Source of the DNA: Dictyostelium discoideum
Lineage: Eukaryota
DNA: 64,000 bases
Direction of reading: 5' to 3'
Assembly: GCA_000004695.1 (NCBI GenBank)
Contig: CM000155.2
Coordinates: 3,072,001 to 3,136,000, forward strand
Below the pieces are notes generated by a model that was given only the letters and a program-made list of their open reading frames with translations, ran no database searches and was not told where the DNA came from. Shown here piece after piece: positions 49,801 to 62,549 of the stretch. Both the position numbers and the translations under genes were made by a program. Within the stretch, counting starts at the first letter, position 1, and each line of letters opens with the position of its first letter.

Positions 49801-51504
49801 CTTTTACCATCACCACCTCTTGGATAATAAATATTCATACTTTCAATAGATGGCAATTCATAAGTTTGTGGTGTGTCAAAAACTTCAAGAGATGTAACAA
49901 CTTTATTTAAATTTGAACTAAAGCTATAATATAATGAACCAATCACTTGAGTCTTTAATACACTCATTTGGTATTGAAATATTTGCATTGTACCTGAAAC
50001 AACACCATAAGGGTATTTAAATTGTCTTAGATTAATACCAACATTTTGTGTACTCTCAAAACCAGTTGAAAATAACATTGATCTTGATATATTACCGTTT
50101 ATTTCCATATTTATAAAATTTGTACTTGTATTTGTTGTACCATCAATAAAAGAAAAAGGTATCGCTATTTTAAATAATTGTAAAATATAAATAATTGTTA
50201 ATACTTTGATATTAAAAAAAAAAAAAAAAACAAAAAAAAAACTTACCATAGTAATCGATTGAAGCAGTTTCAAACGAAATATTATCATAAACTAAAGAAT
50301 GTACTTGATAACTTAATTTTGGTCTAATAAAATCTGACGGTAAAGAAGATGATAATAAAAACTGAGCCCTTGTTTCATTCCCACCTACCATTTTAAACCA
50401 TTGATTATTAAAATCTATAGGTTGATCAATCATTCCATATACAGCTTTTGAATATAAAAATAAATTCGATATTGATTTATCAATTGTATCACATGATGTA
50501 ATTAAACTTGTATCCCAATATGTACTTGATATATAACTACCACCTGCTCTATAATTATTACTTTGAGAACATACATCATTATCATAATCTTTTTTTTTTT
50601 TTTTTTTTATTAGTTTTTTTTTTTTTTTTCATATAAATTTAAAAAATATATTTATTACCTACCTATTAAAGGATTAAATAAATTGAATTCAATATTACTT
50701 AAAGAACCATATGAAATATTAAATAATAAATATGTTGGACTTACTCGAGGTGAGTTTGAAGGATTGAAATCTAATGAAAATCTTGCTAAATAGGTTGTTG
50801 AACTATCAATTAAAAATCCGTCTAAAAACGAGTATGTATATGGAAAAGGTGAATTTGTTGGTTTTAAACTTAACTGTTTTGTAACATTATAAATTTTTAA
50901 ATAAAAATAAATAGTTGATGATGGTGGAGTTGTTGTAATTAAATTTTCTAATACTTGAAAATTTAATGGTGATGTTGGTGGTTCTACACAATTATAGACG
51001 AATAAAGGAATTGCATAATTATTTGATCCATCATATATTGAGGAGAGGCTATATTGGCCGACTGTACAATTTGCATAAATTTCAAAACGACCAAATGTAT
51101 CTATTGATTGTATGAGTTCTGTTTTAAAATAATCAGTTGATAAACCTGAAATTAAAACTGTTGAAATTTGACTACCAAATGATCCAATAAATGTAAATCT
51201 TGGGTAACAATAACCACCTTTTTTATTTTAGTTTTTTTTTTTTTTTTATTTTGGGAAATAATATTAGTAAAAGAAATATAAATAAACGTTGCTATGTTTA
51301 ATTTTGACTTTTTCCCACATAAAAATTTTCAGATAAAAATCTGAATTTCGGCATCGTTTATTTTTTTTTTTTATTTTTAGTTTTCATACTTTCAGCATAA
51401 AAATCACTATTTTTTTTTAATTGAAAGAAATCAACAGAAGACAGTGTAATTACTAATTCTATAAATAATAAATTTAAAAAAATAAATAAAGTCAAAAATT
51501 TCAT
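46866..51504 (-). CDS. Giant secreted/type-I membrane glycoprotein, paralog B. The CDS length is identical at 4311 nt. Four exons on the minus strand: 51504..51390, 51217..50663, 50588..50247, 50164..46866.
   Basis: MKFLTLFIFLNLLFIELVITLSSVD... signal peptide. Exon/intron architecture and phases are identical to paralog A. IPT-like FTSISSSGGLITISGNSFG; EGF-like VVCLNSCGGLNRGKCIENIGCQCISPYSGFDCLS; a TPTS-repeat linker; TM segment IAGIVIGSIVFFIILILIILILL. Roughly 50% identity to A overall, but with roughly 95% identical internal blocks. Confidence 0.6.
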
Positions 51505-52038
51505 CTTTTGGTTTTTGATTGGACATAAAAAAAAAAAAAAAAAAAAAAGTAAAAAAAAAAAAAAAAGTAAATCAAAAAAAAAAAATTGTGCAAAAGATAT
51601 TTTTATTTTTTTTTTTTTTTTTTCAAAGAATTAACAATTTTTTTAATGGATGTTTTTTTAATTTGTAATGATATAGATATTATCAATTGAAGAATTAACA
51701 ATTTTTTCCTTAAGCCAATTTATGGCAAATATAAAATAGGAATGAATAAACTTTTTAAATTTAATAGGTCTTAAAAAAATAAAAAAAAATAAAAAAATAA
51801 AAAAAGTGAATAAAAAAAAAGTGGATTAAAATCATTTTAAAAAATTAAAAATAAAAATATTTAATTTAAAAATAATATATTTAAAAAGGTGTTTAAATTT
51901 TTTTTATTAGATTTTAAAACTTTAAATAAAAAAAAATAAAAAAACTTGAACATATTTTTATTATATAAAATTAGAAAAAGAGAGAATACTATTTTCTATT
52001 ATCTTTTTTTATTTTTATTTTTATTTTTTTCATTAATT

Positions 52039-54293
52039 TTAAAGGAGAGCTTCAAAATTGAAATTTGCATTATCACTAGTATTACAAATTGATTTGAATG
52101 ATACGACTAAATTACCACCATCGAATTTCCAAACCCAATAAGAACTTTGTTTTTCAACAAATTGGAAGACGATTTTACAATTTTGAGTTGCTTCAACGAA
52201 ACCTTCTTTGACCATATCATCATCTTTACATCTTTTAACGATATTTTGACTGATGTAACGAATGATTTCAGCAAAGACATCACCAACACGTGGTTTATTA
52301 TTTTCTTCTAATTTTGGATAAACTTGTTCGATTGAAGATTCATCATAAGTCCAATCATTACCCAAGACTTCTTTAATCTTTTCGAAAGATTCATTGATTT
52401 TCTCTTGATTCTCTCTCAAATTGATTCTAGAGGCTAAAGTGAGTACACCTGGTGATGGTAAAATTTTAATGAAATCAAAGTTTGCATTATCACTAACATT
52501 GCAAATTGATTTGAAGGTGATTACTAAATCATTGTTTTCAAAACTCCAATTCCAATAACCGTTTGCTTTGGCATTGTGACGGAAAACAATCTTTGCATTT
52601 GAAGTTGCTTCGAGGAAACTTTCTAAAACCATATCCTCTTTACAACGTTTAACGATATTATCAGCGACATATTTAATAATCTCTTGGAATAAGTCACCAA
52701 TTCTTTCTTTATTTCTTTCTTCAAGTGCTGGATAAACAGTTTCCAATGATTGCTCATCATAGGACCAATCTACTTTAGTGACCTCTTTAATTCTTTCAAA
52801 AGCGGTATCGAATTTCTCTTGGTTCTCTTTCAAATTGATTTTAGCAGCTAATGAGAAAACACCTGGTACTGGAAGGACTTTAATGAAATCGAAATTGGCA
52901 TTATCAGAGATATTACAAATTGATTTAAAGGTGATGATTAAATTACCACCTTCAAAGGTCCAATTCCAATAACCACTTGCTTTGGCATTATGACGGAAAA
53001 CAATCTTTGCATTTGAAGTTGCTTCAACGAATGCTTCTAAAATTGTATCATTTTTACATTTCTTTTCAATGTTATCAGCAACATATTTGAAAATATCAGA
53101 GAATAAATCACCAATTCTCTCTTTATTTCTTTCTTCAAGTGCTGGATAAATTTGCTCCAATGATTCTTGCTCATATGACCAATCCATGTGGGTGGCTGCT
53201 TTAATTCTTTCGAAAGCGGTATCGAATTTCTCTTGGTTCTCTTTCATATTCAAACGAGCAGCTAATGAGAAAACACCTGGAACTGGGAGAACTTTAATGA
53301 AATCGTAGTTGGCATTATCAGAGATATTACTAATGGATTTGAAAGTAATGATGAGATCACCATTAGCGAATGACCAATTCCAATAGCCTGTGGTTTGTTT
53401 TGGATTATGTCTGAAACTAATTCTACCATTGGCAGTTACATCATTGAAACTTTCTAAAGTCATTTCATCTTTACAACGTTTTTCAATGTTTTGAGCAACG
53501 TATTCTAAAATTTGAGCAAATGTAGTACCAAATTGTTCACGTTGACTTTCATGTTCAAAAGCAGTTGGATAAACAGTTTCCATTGATGCTTCATCAAATG
53601 ACCAATCTCTACTGGTAACTACTTTAATTCTTTCGAATGCAAGTTCAAATCTTTCTTGATTCTTTTTCATATTAAGACGAGTTGGTAAACTATAAGCACC
53701 TTCACTTGGAATCACTTTATATAATTCGAAATTACCAGCTTCAGTAATATTATTACAACCTTTCTTGAATAAAAGATTTAATTGACCACCATTAAATGCA
53801 TACTTCCAATAGGATGAATTCTTGGCATCTTCATTAACAATTAATACAATCTTTTTAGCAGTATTTGCATTAATGATTGATTCTTTAGTTAATTCATCTT
53901 TTGATGCATTTACAATACATTTACTAATATTTGGACATAAATTTTTATAAAATACTTCACCCTTTTTTTAAAAAAAAAAAGAATTGATTAGATAAAAAAT
54001 GAAAATTAAAAAGAAAAAAAAAAAAATTACTTACTAATTGTTTTTTAACATGTTCATCAACTTTATCGAAAATGGCATCCCAATCAAATTCAATAATCCA
54101 TTCTTCACCATTTAAAGCATTTTTGATTTCTTCATGTGCTTTATTTAAGTGTTCTTCATTATCTCTTAATGATTTTCTGAAAAATAAAAAATAAAAAAAT
54201 GAAAAGAGTAAATAATTTGAACTTGATATTTTTTTATTTTTTTTTATTACTGTCTTTTTTTTTTATTTACCTAGCAACAAGGTTTAAAGGCAT
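52039..54293 (-). CDS. Protein of about 692 aa composed of five tandem roughly 140-aa internal repeats. Uncharacterised; no signal peptide seen. Three exons on the minus strand: 54293..54271, 54176..54035, 53952..52039.
   Basis: The repeat unit is roughly ...LNMKENQEKFDTAFERIK..T..DWSYDE.SLE.VYPALEERNKERIGDLF..I.KYVADNI.K.CK.D..LE.F.EATSNAKIVFRHNAKA.GYWNW.FE.GNL.ITFKSICN.SDNANFDFIKVLP.PGV, repeated 5 times. The first copy is diverged (EEWIIEFDWDAIFDKVDEHVKKQL...SSYWKYAFNGGQLNLLFKKGCNNITEAGNFELYKVIP). Exon 1 is MPLNLVAR|GTAAAT. The exon-3 acceptor (gggtgaAG) is weaker than usual. Confidence 0.55.
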
Positions 54294-54895
54294 TTTAAAA
54301 AATTATATGTTTGTAATATCACAATGGTTTATAAAAAAAAAAAAAAAAAAAAAAAAATTTATATACAAAATTAAAAAAAAAAAAAAACAAAACAAAACAA
54401 AATATCTTTAAAAAACTGCTTTTTTTTTATAAAAATCAAAATATTGGGAAAAAAAAATGAATGAATCAAATCATTTTCCCTAAATTTTTTAGACAGATAT
54501 TTTATAAAAAAAAAAAAAAAAAGTTAGATTCCGGGCTAACAAAAAAATCAAAGAAAATAAAAAATATTTTTTATTTTTTTATAATTTTTTTTTAAAACTC
54601 GCAACACACTTAAGTCGAAAATATCTAAAAAAATTTTAAATATTTGACAAATTATAATAAAAATTTAATTTTTTTGAAACATAATATGACGTCAAATTAA
54701 ATAAATAAATATAAAAAAAAAAAAAACAAAATCCATTTTTAGAATGTCCACCTCGTGAATGAGCTTGAAAATAAAAGTAAAAAAAAAAAAAAAGAGGAGA
54801 CTTACCGACCAGCGCATAAAATTATCCAACCACATCATCAGTTTTTTTTTTTTTTTTAAAAAATTCTCTAAAATTATTTGCATTTTATTTTATTT

Positions 54896-55618
54896 TTATT
54901 TTAAAACTAAATCATTTGAAATGTTTGTAAATTTCGAAGTAATATCCCAAAGTTTTTTAGAAATTTCAATACTATTGAATTGTCTTGGAGTTTCAGTTAA
55001 TACACCAATGTTAAAGTAAGAACCTTTAATACCATTAAGTGATGGATCAGTACCAAGTGCAACTTTTGCACATTCTTTAGAAGCAACTTGAATTGGAGTG
55101 AAAATAAAATTTGGCATCAATGAAAAAGCAACTTTTAAAATACCAGTAAAATCACGTTGTAAACTAGTTTGAACTTTACCAGGATTAATTGAATTTACTA
55201 CTATTTTAGAACCTTTTTCAATTAATTTTCTTTGTAATTCCTTTGTGAATAATAGATTACAACATTTCGAAAGTGAATAATCTTTTAATTGATTATAGTT
55301 TGCCTCTGATTCAACATTTATTTTATCATTTAAAATCAATGATAAATCGGCATCTTTAAATCTATCAGATGTTAAAACTAAAATTCTTGGATTTTCACTT
55401 TTTTCCAAATTTTTTAATAATAAATTTGTTAATAAAAATGGACCAAAATGATTAGTAGCAATTTGAAATGAATAACCATCTTGAGTTATTGAAAATGGTG
55501 GACACATAACACCTGCATTATTAATTAATAAATCTAATGGTAAATTTAATTTATTAAATTCATTTACAAATGATTTTACTGACTATTTTTTTTTTTTTTT
55601 AAAAAAAATAATTTATTA

Positions 55619-55681
<63 letters not shown>

Positions 55682-55907
55682 GATTAAATTAAATTACATT
55701 TTGTTTACTAAGATCTAAATCTAAAATGATAATATTACTATTTCCAGTGTGTGATGAAATTTCTTTAGCAGCAACTTCACCTTTTTGTTTATTTCTACAT
55801 CCAATAACAATTGTGCCAATTTCTCTTGCAATTATCTTACAAGTTTCTTTTCCTATTCCATCACTTCCACCAGTTATAATTGCAACTTTATTATTTAATT
55901 TATTCAT
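54896..55907 (-). CDS. Short-chain dehydrogenase/reductase (retinol-dehydrogenase/WWOX-like SDR). Two exons on the minus strand: 55907..55698, 55582..54896 (about 298 aa).
   Basis: Cofactor motif KVAIITGGSDGIGKETC. Catalytic YSLSKCCNLLFTKEL (YxxxK). LINNAGVM motif. Intron GTAATT...aatAG, phase 0. Confidence 0.75.
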
Positions 55908-56845
55908 TTTAATTTAATTTAATTTATTATTTTATTAATTATTAATTGTTTTGATTGATTATTTTTTTTTTTTTTCTTTAATTTTCCATTTAAATAGTTT
56001 TTTTTTTTTTTTTTTTTATTCATTTATTAATATAATTTTTTTTTTTTTTTTGGTATTAGTTTATCCTGGTTATTTTAATAAATTATTTTTAGAATCTTGA
56101 TAAGAATTTTCTTTATTTTTTGTTATTTTTTTTTGAAAATCACATTAAAAAAAAAGATTTTTTTTTTTTTCAAAGGAAATAAGATATTTTTTTTTTTTTT
56201 TTTCAAAGTAAAAAAGATATTTTTTTTTTTTTTCGAGCTTTGGTATTCCCAATTAATAATGACGTATTAATTCATGCTAAAATAAAATATGTTCTTTCAA
56301 AAATTGGAAATAAATCATATTATTATTATTATAATATTTTTTTTTTACAAATATTTTTAGAATTTTCTTAATTTCAGAGCATGGATATTAAGGTCACACT
56401 CTTTTTTTATTTTGATTATAACCCACAACAACTAAACATTACGTACAAAAAAAAAATGGTAGACTAGATTTTCCATTTATTTTTTGATTAATTAACGTTA
56501 GTCATCTGATTTAAAATCTTAAGAAACCAGCACAGAGAAATCTAAATAAATAAAAAAAAAATTACCAGGCAATATTAAAACGATGACAATAACAATAAAA
56601 AATAAAATAAATAAAAAAAAAAAAATTAAAATAAACTAAAATAAACTAAAATTATATTATTTAAATAATATCGTTGTTGCAAATATTAACTTTAAAATTA
56701 TACATAATTTATATAAAAATAAATAATTTAATATATTATTATTTTTTTTTAAAAAAAGAAATAACCAAAATATTTATTGTAAATAAAAGATTTAAATTTA
56801 TTTAAAAATAATCTTTTTTTTTTTTTTTTTTTTTTTTTTATTCTT

Positions 56846-57901
56846 TTATTCTTTTGAATTTAATATTGTTAAAATTTCATCGTCAGATAATGGTTGTAAA
56901 TTACGTTCATTTCTATTGAGTATAATTTCATTTTTCCAATAGTTATGATGATCATATTCATGATCTGAGGCACCAGTGAATTCTTTTTCTAAATCATTTG
57001 GCTCAAAGAATTGGGAGAAAACTTTAATTTTTTGTTTTTCACCATTTGCGAAAACGATCTTTTTATAGGTAACTTTATTGATGAATGGTGAGATGGTAGT
57101 CCAGAAAACATTGAAAATGAAGGGAGTTTCCACTAAAAAGGCATTACCGAGACGCTCTGGATAATGGTCGGATAAAATTTGAAGAACATACTTACTAACA
57201 GACATTGGTGGTGAATTTCTAATTGAATAGTTTTTAAAGTCGATTAACAATACAATTTGTTCGTGGCCACGTGTTTTATCCATTAATGATATTGCTCTTT
57301 CAATGTTGTAAACCATTAATCTGATTTGGTTATCATGGTTTTTAGTATTCTCTCTCACTGGTCTAAGATAGATAACACTTCTGCCATGTGATTTACCAAA
57401 TACGTATTGTTTACCTGAGGATGCTTCATAGGATAATGATTCGGCTGTAATCTCGTATGGCTTATATTTGCTTCTCCATTCCAATGTATTCTTTAGTAGA
57501 TTGAATGATAAAGAGAGATCATAATCTCTTGCTCTTAAATATCTTAATAATAACATATCACCACCATCCTCTAACCATTCTCTCTCCTTTTCTGATATCT
57601 CTCCAAATCCTGTGTTTGTTGATTTTTCATTACCATCTTTCCATACTTTTTCTTTAAATTGTTTGAAAATATTAATTTGTTTTTCACTTAAATTTTTAAA
57701 TGGGTTAAATTCACCACCATCTTCAAATTTTGTATTATTATATATTTCATTATCTTCACCTGTTACTGATGATGCACTATTTGTATTACTATCTGTTAAA
57801 TCTGAAGTTGAAATATCTTGTTCACTTTTTGTTGTAGTTGTTGTGGTTGTGGTTGTTGCAGTGGTTTCTTCATTTTTATTTTTTTTATCTTTTTTTCCCA
57901 T
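56846..57901 (-). CDS. CRAL-TRIO (Sec14-like) lipid-transfer protein, single exon, 351 aa.
   Basis: LLLRYLRARDYDLSLSFNLLKNTLEWRSKY...KQYVFGKSHGRSVIYLRP...QIVLLIDFKNYSI...SVSKYVLQILSDHYPERLGNAFLVETPFIFNVFWTTISPFI is the typical CRAL-TRIO N-terminal plus lipid-binding domain signature. N-terminal poly-Thr. Confidence 0.75.
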   Translation of the reverse strand: MGKKDKKNKNEETTATTTTTTTTTKSEQDISTSDLTDSNTNSASSVTGEDNEIYNNTKFEDGGEFNPFKNLSEKQINIFKQFKEKVWKDGNEKSTNTGFGEISEKEREWLEDGGDMLLLRYLRARDYDLSLSFNLLKNTLEWRSKYKPYEITAESLSYEASSGKQYVFGKSHGRSVIYLRPVRENTKNHDNQIRLMVYNIERAISLMDKTRGHEQIVLLIDFKNYSIRNSPPMSVSKYVLQILSDHYPERLGNAFLVETPFIFNVFWTTISPFINKVTYKKIVFANGEKQKIKVFSQFFEPNDLEKEFTGASDHEYDHHNYWKNEIILNRNERNLQPLSDDEILTILNSKE

Positions 57902-57907
57902 TTTTTA

Positions 57908-57938
<31 letters not shown>

Positions 57939-57998
57939 TTTTTTATCTTTTTTTTTTAATCTTTTTTTTTTTTCTGTGGTTTGATTACTTAGTGGTTG

Positions 57999-58031
<33 letters not shown>

Positions 58032-58317
58032 GAAAAAAGATTTTTTTTTTTGTTTTTTTTTTTTTTTTTAAAATAAATATTTATTTAAATTTTAATTTTT
58101 TTTTATATTTTTTTTTTTTTTATTTTTTTTTTTTTTTTATTTTTTTTTATTTAATTTTTTTTTTTTCCGATACGTATTTTCATTATAAAGTTCAGATCTC
58201 ATTTTTTTCAAGATTCGAAATATTCTTTATTTTTTATTTAAATAAAATAATATCCCCACCTTTTCCTCCCCTTTTTTTTTATTTTTAATTTTTATTTTTC
58301 CAAAAGACTAAAAATTA

Positions 58318-58353
<36 letters not shown>

Positions 58354-58385
58354 AAATTTCAGATTATTATGATTTTTTATTTATA

Positions 58386-58398
58386 ATGACAAGTGTTG

Positions 58399-58431
<33 letters not shown>

Positions 58432-59357
58432 GTAATAGTAATATAATTGAAACTAAATTAATTGGACATAAAGATACAGTATTATGTATTTCAAGTCATA
58501 ATAAAAAAGAGATAATAGCAAGTGGTTCAGATGATTGCACTGTTAGAATATGGGATTTAAATACAAATAAATCAATACAATCAATTGTTGAAGGATTTCA
58601 AGGTAACCCAGTTAATAACGTTTGTTTTGATCAAGATTTCACTCTTTATTGTTCATATGATAATATTATAGTTTCATTTGATTTAAGACAACCAAATGTA
58701 ATCTTAAAAGAATTTAATACTCAATATAAATTTAATACTGAAGAAATTAATCAAGTATGTAATTTTTAAAAAAAATTAATTATATATATATATATATTTC
58801 TTTTTCATTGCCACTTTTTACCATTTTTAAAAAATAATATAAACTGATAAAAAAAAAAAAAAAAAAAAAAGTTAAGTTTTGATTCAAAATATCAATATTT
58901 AGCAGCATGTGATGATTCAGGTCAAACTAAAATTATTGATGTTACAAAAAATAAATTAGTAGAATCATTAAATAAAAAGCATACAAATATAGCAACAGGT
59001 TGTGTTTTTAGACCAAATAGTAAAAATGAATTAATTACATCTTCAATGGATTTTTCAATCATTCATTGGGATTTCTTAAAAGCAAAAGTTTTACATAGAG
59101 ATACATTTAAAGAAGGTTCTTTACCTCAAAATATTTCAAAATCACAACAACAACAACAAGAAACAACAGAACCAAATAGAATGTTAAATCCACCATTCGT
59201 TACAAGTGTTGATTGTTCAAATAATTCAAAATATGTAGCTATTTCAATGGGTGATGGTACAATTGTAATTAATGAAATTTCAAGTTTTAAACAATATTTA
59301 AAAATAAATTCTATACATAAATCTTCAATTCAACAAGTGTATGTTATAATTATTCTT

Positions 59358-59398
<41 letters not shown>

Positions 59399-59704
59399 TC
59401 ATTATTTTACTAATATTAAAATTAATTTTAAAGTCATTATCCAAAATATTTAGAAAATAATTATCAAAGACTAATTTCATTTGGGAATTATGATAAAAAG
59501 ATAGTAATTTGGGATGTTTCTGAAGATATGAATACAAAAGTTTCATCATCTTTATTATCAAATGATGAAAAAAATAATGAAAGAATTAAAACATGGCTTG
59601 AACATTCTGAAAAAATTAATTGTTTAACAACTTCAAATTTAAAAAATAATGCAATATTTGTTGCCGATTTATCAAATGATTTAAAACTATTATCAATTCA
59701 ATAA
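58386..59704 (+). CDS. WD40-repeat protein. Three exons: 58386..58754, 58872..59338, 59434..59704 (about 368 aa).
   Basis: WD-like units (GHKDTVLCISSHNKKEIIASGSDDCTVRIWDL; ...ELITSSMDFSIIHWDF; ...LISFGNYDKKIVIWDV). GTATGT donors; phases 0 and 2 traced. Confidence 0.7.
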
Positions 59705-59984
59705 TTTCCTTTAGAGTTTTTCAAATAATTAATAAACTTATATATAATAATAAAAATAAATAGATAAATCATTATTATTAGAATTTCTTTTATTTTTTTT
59801 TTATTTTTTTTTTTATTGTTTTTTTAAATTTTTTATTAATTTTTTTTTTTATCCAATTAGATAATGAAATTGTTATTTGTTAATTTTTTATTTATTGGAA
59901 TTTGTTGGTCAAGTGCTAAATAGGTTTAGATACCTGAAATTAAAATTAATTTAATAAAATTAAAAAGGAAATTTACAAAAAAGA

Positions 59985-60050
59985 AGTAATATTGACTTCT
60001 TAAGAAGTAATATTGACTTCTTAATTTCAATATTACTTCTTAAAAAAATT
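59985..60050. repeat. Tandemly duplicated near-palindromic 22-mer (aagaagtaatattgacttctta x2), plus an inverted partial third copy, about 290 bp upstream of tRNA-Ala.
   Basis: gaagtaatattgacttcttaagaagtaatattgacttcttaatttcaatattacttcttaa. Each unit is itself an imperfect palindrome (gtaatattgac / gtcaatattac) and can form hairpins. Confidence 0.8.
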
Positions 60051-60338
60051 TTATGATTATCATTTATTCCCATTCCCTCTTTAATTTTTTTAAAAAATTA
60101 TAAAATTTTTTTAGAATTTTCTATTTTTATTTTTTGTTTGTTTATTAATATTATTGTATTTGGGAACATTGTCCTCTTCAATTAGGTTCTTGATTCAAAA
60201 GCACCATATTCAAAAATGGCAATGGAAGAGTGAAAATGTCTTTCATTTATTCAAAATTTTAGTACGAATTGGTGGTTAAAATTAATATTATCATATTTTT
60301 TATATTTTATAATGTATAAATTATAAGAATTCATAAAA

Positions 60339-60411
60339 GGGGATGTAGCTCAGATGGTAGAGCGCTCGCTTAGCATGCGAGAGGTAAAGGGATCGATACC
60401 CTTCTTCTCCA
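60339..60411 (+). tRNA. tRNA-Ala, anticodon AGC.
   Basis: GGGGATGTAGCTCAGATGGTAGAGCGCTCGCTTAGCATGCGAGAGGTAAAGGGATCGATACCCTTCTTCTCCA. Cloverleaf with anticodon loop cTTAGCAt. Acceptor stem includes the G3:U70 alanine identity pair. T-loop TCGATAC. Confidence 0.9.
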
Positions 60412-60866
60412 CTTTATAATTTATTGTGTAAAGTGATACTTTACGAAGTTCGGGTTTGGAAATCGAAAATAAAAATTAAAAAAATAATAAAAATAAAATA
60501 AAAACATTTTTCGTTTTTCGAAAAATTCAGTTTTTCACTTTGAATACAAATAACAATATTAGTATTATTTATTAATTTGAATTTCTAAACATCTATTTAA
60601 TTTATACATATTTATCTATAAATTTAACAATTGTATGGAATCTTAATATTATTAATTGTCACGACTTTCAGTTTTATATTTATTAGTATTACCATTACAA
60701 GTTTTTAATAGTCATAATATTAATAAGAATACTATAATAATACTTCTTATTTTAACTCATTATTTAATAATACTATTAACAATTATTTATTTAACAGATT
60801 TTCAAGATTTGTTTGAAAATTCCTAAATTGGAATTTTCAAAATAAAAATTTAGATATTAATTTTAA

Positions 60867-60905
<39 letters not shown>

Positions 60906-61758
60906 ATTTTTTTGCAGATCTTAATAAAATTAAGATTAACAGAGACGTTGCAAGACTAAAGAATGAGGAATAAAAAAAGATATAAATAGTGGGATATTTT
61001 AAAAGGACCACAGATTTTATTATCAATTTTTAACCATTTATTACATTTTAATTTAATATTACACAATAAATATATACATAAACAAATTATATTAATTTAG
61101 GTAAATACATAATAAAATAATAAATTATATAAACGTTATCAAAATTATTACTTAAAATAAATAAATAATTTAAAAATGAGTGAACCAGGAAATATCACAA
61201 CTAAAAGACAGCTTCAACAACAATTAAATGAAAGAATTACAGAAGAAATAAACAAGATAAACCAGCGGAAGATCTTTACATATATTTATATATTTATTTT
61301 TATATATATTTATTTATATATTTATATTTATTTATAAAAATATATTTAATTATATATTTATTTATATATTTATATATTTTTATATTTTTATATATTTTTA
61401 TATATTTATATTTATATTGCATTACATGTTAAATTTATAACAAAGTAGTTTGGTTAATTATATAGATGTTTAAAAATAATAAATCAAATAATACCAATGT
61501 TTTGTTTTTTTATTTTTTATTTTTTTATTTTTATTTTTATTTTTTATAAACTGAATTGGTAAAATACCAATGTATTTCACATTTATTAGTTTGTAAAATA
61601 CTTTGGTATTTTACGAAGTTTAGTTTATATGATTTTTTAAAAAAAGAAAATTTAAAAATTTTTTTTTTTTTCGAAAATGAAAATGATTTTTTGAAAAAAG
61701 AAAATTTAAAAATTTTGGAATTGAAAATGTGGTATATTTTTCAAAGAATTTCAAGAAA

Positions 61759-61831
61759 GCTCGATTAGCTCAGTCGGCAGAGCGTGGTGCTAATAACGCC
61801 ACGGTCGCAGGTTCGATCCCTGCATCGAGCA
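61759..61831 (+). tRNA. tRNA-Ile, anticodon AAT.
   Basis: GCTCGATTAGCTCAGTCGGCAGAGCGTGGTGCTAATAACGCCACGGTCGCAGGTTCGATCCCTGCATCGAGCA. Acceptor stem GCTCGAT/ATCGAGC. Anticodon stem TGGTG/CGCCA with loop CTAATAA. T-arm GCAGGTTCGATCCCTGC. Confidence 0.9.
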
Positions 61832-61854
61832 AGTATTTTTATACAACCCAAAAT

Positions 61855-61876
61855 GGTCGTTGGTTCGATTCCTTCC
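61855..61876 (+). promoter_or_regulatory. External B box (ex-B box), a duplicated Pol III B-box element about 30 bp downstream of tRNA-Ile.
   Basis: ggtcgttGGTTCGATTCCttcc matches the B-box consensus GGTTCGAnTCC outside the tRNA body. This is an arrangement characteristic of Dictyostelium tRNA genes (a weaker possible copy AGTTCGGGTTTGG lies 30 bp after tRNA-Ala at about 60438). Confidence 0.55.
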
Positions 61877-61899
61877 TAATCAACTGACCACTTAATTGA

Positions 61900-62515
61900 A
61901 ATTCATAAATAAAACTATTAATTATTGTTTATTTGTTATAAATGATCTTTTTTCATGTTGAAAGACCCACATATACACAAAACAGAATTTCAAAAAGATC
62001 TATTCTTTAAAGGATATAGTTACAATCAATTATTCCCAAACATATTGAAGATAAGAGATACGAAAACCAAAAACACAATGTTCAGATTTCATTCAAGATG
62101 TTTACCTCTAAATTATCTTCACAATAAAGATTGTCCATTGTGTAATATGAATATGAAAAATGATCCATATAGATCACCTATAATACCTTCTAACATGTAA
62201 AAAGATCATGACATAAACATAGACTACATTCATTCAAAATTTTGAATGGTGCTACAAAGCTATAGATTATGACCTCTCTAGACATTTTCATATAAAAATA
62301 TAATAGCACTGATATTACACCAAATTTGGATATGGATTTGCAATCAAATATACAGCGAAGACAAAACTTTAAACTATCATCATCAAAAGACTCACTTTCA
62401 ATCTGTAATAAAAACGAATACATAAATCAAATTAAAAATATCAAAAAACAAATAATCAAAGAATACTGTATACCAATCATAGCCCTACCAAATAGAGAAA
62501 TTTTTGACCAATTTC

Positions 62516-62545
<30 letters not shown>
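61900..62545 (+). mobile_element. 5'-truncated, degenerate non-LTR retrotransposon remnant (TRE3-like position, about 70 bp downstream of tRNA-Ile). It ends in a 25-nt poly(A).
   Basis: Two short out-of-frame ORF fragments (61955..62200, containing a CPLC...Cys/His knuckle-like end: HNKDCPLCNMNMKNDPYRSP; and 62326..62520). These are followed directly by a pure A25 tract at 62521..62545, in otherwise non-homopolymeric GC-normal sequence. The location just 3' of a tRNA gene and its ex-B box is the typical target of Dictyostelium tRNA-targeted retroelements. Confidence 0.4.

Positions 62546-62549
<4 letters not shown>

Noticed and set aside
61176-61350. Small ORF MSEPGNITTKRQLQQQLNERITEEINKINQRK... 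between the two tRNA genes
   Set aside because: It runs straight into a (tatattta)n simple repeat and stops after about 57 codons. It has no splice donor and no recognisable domain, so it is probably chance.
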